From the UHGV virus genome UHGV-0151101: a DNA stretch of 11,233 bases. The stretch is one strand, 5' to 3'. The stretch comes from a virus. Below the pieces are notes generated by a model, which saw nothing but the letters and a program-made list of their open reading frames with translations, had not been told where the DNA came from and searched no databases. How positions within the stretch are numbered: the first letter of the stretch is position 1; each line of letters begins with the position of its first letter. Of this stretch, positions 1 to 7,401 are shown piece after piece. Made by a program: the position numbers and the translations under genes.

Positions 1-616
1 CAGGAGAAGGCTGGCAACAGATGCAACGCATCTGCGCCCGGCCAGCATGAAAAATAACGAGAAATGAACGTTCGGTTTCTTCCACCATCGCACCGGACAG
101 GCGACTATGAGGGGACAACGCCGCGCTCCGTTAACGCGGTAAACCCCGGTGTGTATCGTTTTTGATTATTTCCGCACACTCGCGCAGAGGAGTTCCCCGT
201 CGGGCTGCGGTCTCTGTTAATGCAGGAATACGGCGACGATACAGCGCATGATGTGTCAGGCTTGAATACCTTTATCCTTTAAAAGGGATATCAGTTAAGT
301 TATCCCGTGTAGGGTATAAGCCATTGTCGAGACCACTCATTGAATGGCCTCTGCAATAACCGATGTCTTTCCATCAGTCCGCCACCACAAAGAATCTTTT
401 TTGCCTTAAGGCAGGAGCTTCATCTTTCAGTGGCTGCCAGTGTTATTTCCCCACTTACTGGCTTGGGTTGTTTCGTGGTACTGCCGTAACTGGTTGCCAA
501 GAATAAATTCCGGTTTCATTATCAAGCCCACCCGTAGATGGGCTTTGTAATGGATAGCCGTTGCTCAGTTCTCGTAATGCTTTGATTTTTCAGATAACGC
601 AGTTTTGCGTTTGCCA

Positions 617-1138
617 TCAGCACGCGATATCGAGAGTCAACTGCAGTTGCTCGCGCCAGTACTCAACATTTGCTTCAATAACCGGCTTATCCCATCGCCA
701 GCGAGCCATCTCTCTTGCCCCATTGCTGGCTTTTGATTTCCGGTCATCGCGAATGCGACATGCTTGCTCATATTTCTGCTGCTCAGTCAGTTCACCGCGA
801 AGCAGACTATCAATGTGCAGGTCGCACCACACAGCAAAACGAGCATCACACCAACGGGCAAATGCAACTGAAAGTTTTGGATGTAGCCACGTACCACCAC
901 CCCTGTCCTTTCGTGCCTTGCTGGTTTTTACATACCTCGATTGTGAGGGATGTAAAATTTGAGATTCTTTCCCGGTCAACGCTTCGTCTAAAGCACGAAC
1001 GTATTCAAGCGTTTCTGCCAAACGCATCCAGTTATCAATGCGTTTTCCAAATCTCTCAGCAACACCTGTGACGTTGATCCAACCATCAGTGTTGAAACTG
1101 ACAATTTCACCTTTGTAATTAAGTGGCACGATATTCAT
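617..1138 (-). CDS. KilA-N domain protein (173 aa), accessory gene downstream of the lysis cassette
   Basis: Complete ORF. N-terminal motifs DGWINVTGVAERFGKRIDNWMRL and GGGTWLHPKLSVAFARWCDARFAVWC fit the KilA-N DNA-binding domain pattern as I recall it. Lies after an intrinsic terminator that follows Rz. Upstream ribosome-binding site is weak. Confidence 0.65.
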   Translation of the reverse strand: MNIVPLNYKGEIVSFNTDGWINVTGVAERFGKRIDNWMRLAETLEYVRALDEALTGKESQILHPSQSRYVKTSKARKDRGGGTWLHPKLSVAFARWCDARFAVWCDLHIDSLLRGELTEQQKYEQACRIRDDRKSKASNGAREMARWRWDKPVIEANVEYWREQLQLTLDIAC

Positions 1139-1254
1139 AACGTTTACCTACCATTTGAAATGAACCTTTGCCGCATAGGAAACCAGCCCACCGAGGCTCG
1201 CCAGCACTAACTGGTATCCTCAAAGGCCCATTCCAAAGGGGCAGGTTCGGTGTA

Positions 1255-1285
1255 AAAAACATGCGTTGCGGTACGCATTTATTGC
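1255..1285 (-). terminator. Rho-independent terminator after Rz
   Basis: On the - strand: ATGCGT accgca ACGCAT (6-bp perfect stem, 6-nt loop) followed by GTTTTTT. About 55 nt downstream of the Rz stop. Confidence 0.5.
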
Positions 1286-1339
1286 AAAAAGCCCCGCATC
1301 GCGAGGCTCATTAAATTGACTTTGTGATTTGCAAAAAAA

Positions 1340-1777
1340 TTATTTCAGGCATTGCGTCCTGATGTACTCCTGCAGGTAGTTAACCTGCGCGGTTATCTTG
1401 TCGATTCCACTTCGGAGACGGTAATAATTGAGTTCAGCATCTGCTGTAAGTCTTGGGCTTTCTCCATCGCCCATGCTGCTGGCTCCGGTCGTTGACTTTG
1501 CACAGGTGGCGGCGACTTGCAGGCGCTTACGACCAGCAGAAACATCAGCACGGAGACTTTCGATAGTCGCGTTTGCATCAGCAAGCTCCTTTGTATATCT
1601 GGCGTCGAGTTCTGCTACATCACGTTGACGCTTCTGCATGTCAGCGATGATGTACGTGGCTTTATCGCGCTGCTCTTTGTAGGCGATGGCGTTATCACGG
1701 TAATGATTAACAGCCCATGACAGACAGACGATGATGCAGATAACCAGAGCAGAGATAATCGCGGTTAATCTGCTCAT
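1340..1777 (-). CDS. Rz: Rz i-spanin (inner-membrane spanin subunit), 145 aa
   Basis: N-terminal half [31 protein letters not shown] is near-identical to lambda Rz as recalled; C-terminal half diverged. Start overlaps the R stop (ATGA). Confidence 0.9.
   Translation of the reverse strand: MSRLTAIISALVICIIVCLSWAVNHYRDNAIAYKEQRDKATYIIADMQKRQRDVAELDARYTKELADANATIESLRADVSAGRKRLQVAATCAKSTTGASSMGDGESPRLTADAELNYYRLRSGIDKITAQVNYLQEYIRTQCLK
1393..1584 (-). CDS. Rz1: Rz1 o-spanin lipoprotein, embedded in the +1 frame of Rz
   Basis: ORF lies wholly inside Rz in another frame. Signal peptide with lipobox LLVVSAC, then a Pro-rich segment [17 protein letters not shown], parallel to lambda Rz1. Confidence 0.8.
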   Translation of the reverse strand: MLMQTRLSKVSVLMFLLVVSACKSPPPVQSQRPEPAAWAMEKAQDLQQMLNSIITVSEVESTR

Positions 1778-2250
1778 ACCTCAATCTCTCTTACCGTTCC
1801 GCCAGCTTCTTTGAATTTTGCAATCAGGCTGTCAGCCTTATGCTCGAACTGGCCATAACCAGCCCCGGGCAACGAAGCCCAGATATTGCTGCAACGGTCG
1901 ATTGCCTGACGGATATCACCGCGATCAATCATCGGCAAAGCGCCACGCTCTTTAATCTGTTGCAATGCCACAGCGTCCTGGCTTTTCGGAGAGAAGTCTT
2001 TCAGGCCAAGCTGCTTACGGTATGCATCCCACCAACGTGAAAGAAGCTGGTAACGTCCGGCGGCTGTTGATTTGAGTTTGGGGTTTAGCGTGACAAGTTT
2101 GCGAGGGTGATCGGAGTAATCAGTGAATAGCTCTCCGCCAACAATGACGTCATAACCATGATTTCTGGTTTTCTGACGTCCGTTATCAGTTCCCTCTGAC
2201 CATGCCAGCATATCGAGGAACGCCTTACGTTGATTATTGATTTCCACCAT
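1774..2250 (-). CDS. R: Endolysin R (lytic transglycosylase), 158 aa
   Basis: [61 protein letters not shown]... is essentially identical to lambda R as recalled. Confidence 0.95.
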   Translation of the reverse strand: MVEINNQRKAFLDMLAWSEGTDNGRQKTRNHGYDVIVGGELFTDYSDHPRKLVTLNPKLKSTAAGRYQLLSRWWDAYRKQLGLKDFSPKSQDAVALQQIKERGALPMIDRGDIRQAIDRCSNIWASLPGAGYGQFEHKADSLIAKFKEAGGTVREIEV

Positions 2251-2557
2251 CTTCTACTCCGGCTTTTTTAGCAGCGAAGCGTTTGATAAGCGAACCAATC
2301 GAGTCAGTACCGATGTAGCCGATAAACACGCTCGTTATATAAGCGAGATTGCTACTTAGTCCGGCGAAGTCGAGAAGGTCACGAATGAACCAGGCGATAA
2401 TGGCGCACATCGTTGCGTCGATTACTGTTTTTGTAAACGCACCGCCATTATATCTGCCGCGAAGGTACGCCATTGCAAACGCAAGGATTGCCCCGATGCC
2501 TTGTTCCTTTGCCGCGAGAATGGCGGCTAACAGGTCGTGTTTTTCTGGCATCTTCAT
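2234..2557 (-). CDS. S: Holin S, 107 aa, with dual-start Met-Lys-Met motif
   Basis: [39 protein letters not shown]... is near-identical to lambda S as recalled. Two in-frame ATGs at codons 1 and 3. Overlaps the R start. Confidence 0.95.
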   Translation of the reverse strand: MKMPEKHDLLAAILAAKEQGIGAILAFAMAYLRGRYNGGAFTKTVIDATMCAIIAWFIRDLLDFAGLSSNLAYITSVFIGYIGTDSIGSLIKRFAAKKAGVEDGGNQ

Positions 2558-2994
2558 GTCTTACCCCCAATAAGGGGATTTGCTCTATTTAATTAGGAAT
2601 AAGGTCGATTACTGATAGAACAAATCCAGGCTACTGTGTTTAGTAATCAGATTTGTTCGTGACCGATATGCACGGGCAAAACGGCATGAGGTTGTTAGCG
2701 CAACCTCCTGCCACCGCTTTCACGAAGGTCATATGTAGAAGGCCGCAGCATAACTATCACTGATGAGTTCAGGATAGCCAGTGGCTACGGCTCAGTTTGG
2801 ATTGTGGCGACCGGTGCTGATCTCCGGTTTGCTGCAACTGCCTACAGCGGGCTACGTGGCCACACCGAATCCAGCGAAAGATTCTTGCCCTTACACATCA
2901 GCCTGTGCATTCACCACAACGGAAAGAGCACTGGCTAACCAGGCTCGCCGACTCTTCACGATTATCGACTCAATGCTCTTACCTGTTGTGCAAA

Positions 2995-3082
2995 CAAAAA
3001 AAGCCACCGTTGCAACTTAAGAGTCACTAACGGCAGCTTATGCGAATAGTGTTGCTCATTTGCTCAATGATGTCAACACGTT
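2995..3082 (-). promoter_or_regulatory. Late promoter and terminated leader (pR'/qut/tR'-like) immediately downstream of Q
   Basis: On the - strand a TTGACA -35 hexamer (+ coordinates 3071-3076) sits just after the Q stop, with no clean -10. An imperfect hairpin spans 3002-3038 and is followed by a T7 run (+ strand A-run 2996-3002). Sequence from about 2560 to 2990 resembles the lambda region between tR' and S as I recall it. Confidence 0.4.
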
Positions 3083-3571
3083 CTATGCTACATGTTTAAT
3101 TTTCTCTACACGTTTCCGGGTTTTAAACGCACTATCCAGAACCGGGTAAATCATAAACAACGAAGCATTGAGGATTTCGTCAACTTCCCGGCGACAGGTT
3201 GCGAACGATGGTTTTTGAATACGCCCGCCGCCCCGGCATAACATCTTGCGAGGTCTTGCGACACGATGATAGTAAGATGCAATGGCATGCTTGGAAGATC
3301 CATGAGCGTAGTAGCTGAGGAGGATGCCAAAGGCTTTCTTGTCAATGTACATGACGGAATCGACGACCTGAGAAATCAACATTCCATCATCATCATTACA
3401 CATTGGCCTTGTCATAACTCTTCCCGGCTCTACGCTCTCCATGAACTTAGCTATTACGCTGCTCATGCGCTTTTCCAGACGACCTGAATAAACCCATGCG
3501 CCCCACAGTTCAAGCCAGCCATTCAGCCAATCGTGCTGTTCTTTGGTGAGGTTTAGTTCTCTTATGCTCAT
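3083..3571 (-). CDS. Q: Late-gene antiterminator Q, 162 aa, not the lambda Q type
   Basis: Position between ninH and the lysis cassette. Size and Cys-containing basic segment KMLCRGGGRIQKPSFATCRREVDEIL are consistent with the short Q family of phage 21 as I recall it. Start overlaps the ninH stop (ATGA). Confidence 0.75.
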   Translation of the reverse strand: MSIRELNLTKEQHDWLNGWLELWGAWVYSGRLEKRMSSVIAKFMESVEPGRVMTRPMCNDDDGMLISQVVDSVMYIDKKAFGILLSYYAHGSSKHAIASYYHRVARPRKMLCRGGGRIQKPSFATCRREVDEILNASLFMIYPVLDSAFKTRKRVEKIKHVA

Positions 3572-3756
3572 CGTCTTCCCCTCTTGCCCTGTTTGACCAT
3601 CAGGACGCCGTTAACTATTACGTGACGCTCGCCTTTGCTGTCTCGGTTGTACTTGAGCACTGTTCCTCTTGCGCAGGAAAGCATCCTCGCCACTTCGGTC
3701 TGATTGCCTCGTGTCTGGATAAGAAGCTCTGGTATCGTTTGAATTGTGGCGTTCAT
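3568..3756 (-). CDS. ninH: NinH, 62 aa
   Basis: TIPELLIQTRGNQTEVARMLSCARGTVLKY matches lambda NinH (TIPDMLVEAYGNQTEVARRLKCSRGTVRKY as recalled). Conserved position just upstream of Q. Confidence 0.85.
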   Translation of the reverse strand: MNATIQTIPELLIQTRGNQTEVARMLSCARGTVLKYNRDSKGERHVIVNGVLMVKQGKRGRR

Positions 3757-4115
3757 ACGTTCTCCAGTTCAGTGATTTTTATTCCAAGCCTTCCGCCTGG
3801 TACTTTCACACCACGAATTACGCGAATGTCATCGAATTGCTCGTCGTCTTCCGCAAATCCGGCGTGGATAAGGGAGTCGAGTAAACCCTTCAGGATGTTA
3901 TCGAGGTCGCGGCGGCGGGAGTCTGGAACGTCTGCGATGACTTTGATGCGGAGTCGTGATTTGGTGAAAATATCTAACTTGAGTTGGTGGATGATTTGCT
4001 GAACGTCTTTTCGGTATTTCTGGCCTTTATCGCTGATGTAGTATTGGCTTCCCCGTCTTCGCCAGTAGGTATTCACCGACGGCGGGTATGGAAGCACAAA
4101 CTGATATTCGTTCAT
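3753..4115 (-). CDS. rusA: RusA-family Holliday junction resolvase, 120 aa
   Basis: PYPPSVNTYWRRRGSQYYISDKGQKYRKDV and DVPDSRRRDLDNILKGLLDSL match RusA motifs as recalled. Occupies the lambda ninG position. Confidence 0.9.
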   Translation of the reverse strand: MNEYQFVLPYPPSVNTYWRRRGSQYYISDKGQKYRKDVQQIIHQLKLDIFTKSRLRIKVIADVPDSRRRDLDNILKGLLDSLIHAGFAEDDEQFDDIRVIRGVKVPGGRLGIKITELENV

Positions 4116-4402
4116 GACTTAATCTTCCCCTCCTTCAGCAGTATCGCCTGCGTCCTGATCACGCCTTCGAGGTGGTAAAGTCTGGCGTCTTTGTTGTCGA
4201 GGTTATGGGTGCGTCGGTCGATTTCATCGTGACACGCGCTACAAGCCCATGCGCCGATCAGGTCGTCAGGCTTCATTCCCGTTCCGCAAATTCCAGCCAT
4301 CCGGTAATGTGCCAGAACTGTAGTTTCAGGATTACCATTGCATACGCCGTAAATACGTACCTGGCATTCTCTGCCGCGCGCTTCTTTGCGTAGGTTAGCC
4401 AT
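4112..4402 (-). CDS. DUF1364 / YbcO-like protein, 96 aa, Cys-rich putative nuclease
   Basis: 96 aa with Cys/His cluster CQVRIYGVCNG...AGICGTG...WACSACHDEID. Size and position upstream of rusA as for YbcO of prophage DLP12, from memory. Confidence 0.65.
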   Translation of the reverse strand: MANLRKEARGRECQVRIYGVCNGNPETTVLAHYRMAGICGTGMKPDDLIGAWACSACHDEIDRRTHNLDNKDARLYHLEGVIRTQAILLKEGKIKS

Positions 4403-4671
4403 TATGGTTCACTCCAGTAATTCTCAATTGCAGCAGCCATTCTCTGCATCCACTCAGCCAGCTTTAACGCGGCTTCTCTTTCAGAACCACATTTAGGGAA
4501 ATCCTTCATTTCCATGCTGGCCTTATATGTTCTGAATGCCAGGTCTCCGGTAATAACCAACTCCTGATCAAGCACCGAGCGTTTATTCCGGTGTTGAACG
4601 TAATAGACAGATTCAGTCCGCATTTCTTCTCTGTCTTTTTTGAAGGAAATAAGCTCAGAGAAATCACTCAT
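4402..4671 (-). CDS. Hypothetical nin-region protein, 89 aa
   Basis: Complete ORF translationally coupled on both sides: its start overlaps the ninF stop and its stop overlaps the YbcO-like start (TAATG). I recognise no homolog. Confidence 0.55.
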   Translation of the reverse strand: MSDFSELISFKKDREEMRTESVYYVQHRNKRSVLDQELVITGDLAFRTYKASMEMKDFPKCGSEREAALKLAEWMQRMAAAIENYWSEP

Positions 4672-4840
4672 CGTCTTCTTCCTCGTACATTGAGCTATTC
4701 GGATCGCTCATCAGTTCTGCGCAGCAATCGGAGCACACGTGAACTTCCAGCACATGCAGCTTCTGACCGCAGTTAGCGCACGTTAAAGCCCGCTCGACGC
4801 TTTCTTTCTGGTATTGAATGGATTGGGATTGGCTAAGCAT
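4664..4840 (-). CDS. ninF: NinF, 58 aa (below the supplied ORF-track size cutoff)
   Basis: Translated by hand: MLSQSQSIQYQKESVERALTCANCGQKLHVLEVHVCSDCCAELMSDPNSSMYEEEDDE, matching lambda NinF as recalled. Start overlaps the NinX-like stop. Confidence 0.8.
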   Translation of the reverse strand: MLSQSQSIQYQKESVERALTCANCGQKLHVLEVHVCSDCCAELMSDPNSSMYEEEDDE

Positions 4841-5195
4841 TATTAGCGACCTGCATCATTAGAAATACAATCATGGCTGCGCGGAGAGGCGATTCACCGC
4901 AGAAGCAGTAGTCAGGAACCCAACAACCTTCCTCTAAATCACCTCCTGACCATGCGCACCATTCTTTTTCCGCCGTCATCCACATAGTGCTGATTTTGTT
5001 TTCAGTGATGATCGGATATGCGTCAGCGGCCCTATTACATGGGTCGAAATATCCACAAGGCAAAAACTCACCACCATCAATTCCAGCCAAGCAAACTTCT
5101 TTCTTTTCTGGATCCCAGTCGTAATTGTTTTTTCCTAGCACGATATGCGCGATTTTTAAGTTAATTTCAAAATCACTTAACTGTGAATAATCCAT
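4833..5195 (-). CDS. NinX-like protein, about 120 aa; the ORF track's upstream start at 5237 is less likely
   Basis: Sits between ninE and ninF, the position of ninX in the P22 nin region as I recall it. Start chosen at the ATG of MDYSQLSDF, which has GAGGA 7 nt upstream and lies 2 nt after the ninE stop. Name is by position only. Confidence 0.5.
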   Translation of the reverse strand: MDYSQLSDFEINLKIAHIVLGKNNYDWDPEKKEVCLAGIDGGEFLPCGYFDPCNRAADAYPIITENKISTMWMTAEKEWCAWSGGDLEEGCWVPDYCFCGESPLRAAMIVFLMMQVANNA

Positions 5196-5197
5196 TG

Positions 5198-5374
5198 TCA
5201 TTTCCTCGCACGATGTCTTAGCCACCGGATATCCCACAGGTGAGCCGTGTAGTTGAAGGTTTTTACGTCAGATTCTTTTGGGATTGGCTTGCGTTTATTT
5301 CTGGAGCGTTTCGTTGGAAGGTATTTGCAGTTTTCGCAGATTATGTCGGTGATACTTCGTCGCTGTCTCGCCAC
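5198..5374 (-). CDS. ninE: NinE, 58 aa, GTG start
   Basis: Hand translation (M)[57 protein letters not shown] matches lambda NinE as recalled. AAGGAGG lies 4 nt upstream of the GTG. Overlaps the ninD 3' end by 34 nt, as in lambda. Confidence 0.75.
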
Positions 5375-5514
5375 ACGTCCTCCTTTTCCTGCGGTAGTGG
5401 TAACACCCCTGTTGGTGTTCTTTCACACCGGAGACACCATCGATTCCAGTAAGGTTGATTTGGTCGGAAGCGGTTATCTTCTTTGCATTCACCGCACCGA
5501 TAACATCGCATCAT
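5341..5514 (-). CDS. ninD: NinD, 57 aa, Cys-rich zinc-ribbon-like
   Basis: [34 protein letters not shown]... Start ATG overlaps the ninB stop (ATGA). Size equals lambda NinD (57 aa); called by size and position. Confidence 0.7.
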
Positions 5515-5951
5515 GCTGCCCGGTCTCCCCATCGCGATTTCCACTCCAGAGCCAGTCGCGCTTCGTCTGACCACTTAACGCCACGTTCTGTACCGAATGC
5601 CTGTATAAGCTCTAATAGCTCCGCAAATTCGCTTACACGCATCCTGCTGGTTGACTGGCCTATTACCACAAAGCCATTCCCGGCAAGGTTAGGAACAACA
5701 TCCTGCTGCTTTAATGCTGCGGTAAACACACACTTCCAGCTTTCTGCATCCAGCCAGCGACCATGCCATTCAACCTGACGAGAGACGTCACCAAGGCAAG
5801 CCCAAAGCTTTCGGTTTTGGTCTAAGCTGCGGTTGCGTTCCTGAATGGTTACTACGATTGGTTTGGTTGGGTCTGGAAGAATTTGCTGTACCGCGTGAAT
5901 AGCATTTTGCTGATGTGCTGGAGATCGAATTTCAAAGGTTAGCTTTTTCAT
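5511..5951 (-). CDS. ninB: NinB recombination protein, 146 aa
   Basis: [76 protein letters not shown]... is near-identical to lambda NinB as recalled. True start is the internal Met at 5951, not the track start at 5969. Confidence 0.9.
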   Translation of the reverse strand: MKKLTFEIRSPAHQQNAIHAVQQILPDPTKPIVVTIQERNRSLDQNRKLWACLGDVSRQVEWHGRWLDAESWKCVFTAALKQQDVVPNLAGNGFVVIGQSTSRMRVSEFAELLELIQAFGTERGVKWSDEARLALEWKSRWGDRAA

Positions 5952-5966
5952 GACTTCCCTCTCCCC

Positions 5967-5999
5967 CAAATAAAAAGGCCTGCGATTACCAGCAGGCCT
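5967..5999 (-). terminator. tR2-like intrinsic terminator between the helicase gene and ninB
   Basis: Perfect 8-bp stem AGGCCTGC / GCAGGCCT (5976-5983 and 5992-5999) with 8-nt loop, followed on the - strand by TTTTTATTT. This is where lambda tR2 sits. Confidence 0.6.
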
Positions 6000-6024
6000 G
6001 TTATTAGCTCAGTGATGTAGATGG

Positions 6025-7401
6025 TCATACGTCAGCCCCTTGTGCATATCGTCTGCCACGCGCAGCAGGTGCATTTGATGTTGTGCAAATCTGTCTGGCT
6101 TCATCCTGGTCACATGCAACAAAGTGTCCGTTGCAGAACCGCTGGTAAACCGTACCAAGCGAGCCAAAACGGTTTTTCGTCACAATGATTTCAGCAAATG
6201 GCGCGGCGCTACTGTTCTCGTCATATACCGCCTCCCGATAGAGCATGATGATTGAGTCTGCGTCCTGTTCAATGCTTCCTGAATCACGCAAATCTGCGTT
6301 TGTCGGGCGTTTATTTGGTCGCTTCTCAACATCGCGCGAAAGCTGACTCAGGGAGATTACTGGCGTTTTCAGGTCTTTCGCCATCGCCTTCAGGCTTCCG
6401 GAGATGTGAGCAATTGCGAGGTCGTTGCGATCTGCTTTCGGCTTCTCAATCAGGCCAAGATAATCCGCCATGATGAGTGAGAGGTTTGGATTTTCCTGTT
6501 TGTGCCGTTCTGCGATTGAGCGTATTTCTTCGACCGATAACCGCGAGGCATCGACCACCCATACATCCAAATCTGCAAGCTGACTCATTCCGTTAGCAAC
6601 ACGTGCCCAGCCCTCGTCATCCATCGATGCAGGATTTCGCAGTACGCTAACCGACATCCTCCCGGCGTTGGCAATGCTTCGCTCTGCGATCTGCAATGCG
6701 CTCATTTCCATCGAGAAAATCAACACTCCGCGCCGGACGTCAGAACCAGGAATAACGCGGCTTGCAACGCCTTCGGCAATCTTCAGCGCCAGTTCGGTTT
6801 TCCCCATACCAGGACGAGCAGCGATTATCACCAGGTCTTCCGCGTTCATCCCTCCGGTGATGGCATCAAGTTCTTCGATTCCGGTCTTCAGGGTATCTGA
6901 CTCTTCTCCGTTCCTCAGACGCCTGTCAAGCGTGTCAGTGTAGTCGGTGATGATTTCCCCTAACCGTACCGGTTTAACCTCGTCACGTGGCTTTCTGATG
7001 GCTGAAAGACGCTTTACAAGTTCATCCATCGCCTGACTCGATGCGTCGATGGTTCCGCTCTGAATTGGTTCACGCATTTCATCCATGATTTCCAGCACCA
7101 GACGGCGGTGATAGTTATCCGCGACCATTCCGGCATATCCCTTCAGGTTTGCGGCACTCGGGCAGTTTTTGCTGGTCATCAGGATTGACGTGAAATGCTC
7201 CTCTCCGCACGCCTCGGCAACCATCAGCGCGTCGATTAGGTTTCTGTTTCTCGCCTGCTTGCGGATAACCTCGAAGGCTTTCCGGTAGAGCGGAATTGAA
7301 AACGCTTCCGGCTCCAGCGTTGCCAGAACGTCACTGGCAGTTGGTGTTAATCCACCAATCAGCAAGCCACCGATAACGCTCGCTTCGATATCCTGTCTCA
7401 T
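6025..7401 (-). CDS. Replicative DNA helicase, DnaB family, 458 aa
   Basis: Walker [16 protein letters not shown] and helicase motifs ([15 protein letters not shown]). Resembles the phage-encoded DnaB-type helicase of P22 (gene 12) by recall. Start overlaps the O-like stop. Confidence 0.9.
   Translation of the reverse strand: MRQDIEASVIGGLLIGGLTPTASDVLATLEPEAFSIPLYRKAFEVIRKQARNRNLIDALMVAEACGEEHFTSILMTSKNCPSAANLKGYAGMVADNYHRRLVLEIMDEMREPIQSGTIDASSQAMDELVKRLSAIRKPRDEVKPVRLGEIITDYTDTLDRRLRNGEESDTLKTGIEELDAITGGMNAEDLVIIAARPGMGKTELALKIAEGVASRVIPGSDVRRGVLIFSMEMSALQIAERSIANAGRMSVSVLRNPASMDDEGWARVANGMSQLADLDVWVVDASRLSVEEIRSIAERHKQENPNLSLIMADYLGLIEKPKADRNDLAIAHISGSLKAMAKDLKTPVISLSQLSRDVEKRPNKRPTNADLRDSGSIEQDADSIIMLYREAVYDENSSAAPFAEIIVTKNRFGSLGTVYQRFCNGHFVACDQDEARQICTTSNAPAARGRRYAQGADV

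Noticed and set aside
561-1071. + strand ORFs 561-962 (133 aa) and 715-1071 (118 aa)
   Set aside because: Both lie antisense to the well-supported KilA-N gene, lack ribosome-binding sites, and have low-complexity, Cys/His/Arg-rich translations typical of out-of-frame artefacts.
1428-1720. + strand ORFs 1428-1628 and 1517-1720
   Set aside because: Antisense to Rz and Rz1, whose assignment is strong; no independent support.
2781-3020. + strand ORF 2781-3020 (79 aa) in the Q-to-S interval
   Set aside because: Lies antisense to the late leader region in sequence that is lambda-like non-coding DNA as I recall it; no ribosome-binding site.
2558-3082. tRNA genes or toxin cargo (stx-like) between Q and S
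   Set aside because: By eye I found no GGTTCGAATCC-type T-loop or cloverleaf-compatible segment, and the interval is too short and non-coding for toxin genes. Not checked with a dedicated tool.
5240-5778. + strand ORFs 5240-5452, 5253-5570, 5455-5778 and the - strand track ORFs 5295-5492 and 5341-5574 as given
   Set aside because: The + strand ORFs are antisense to ninB, ninD and ninE. The two - strand track ORFs are mis-framed or over-extended versions of the real ninE and ninD, which I re-derived by hand.
6252-6943. + strand ORFs 6252-6473 and 6668-6943 inside the helicase gene
   Set aside because: Antisense to a confidently identified DnaB-family helicase; Ser/Arg/Pro-rich artefactual translations.
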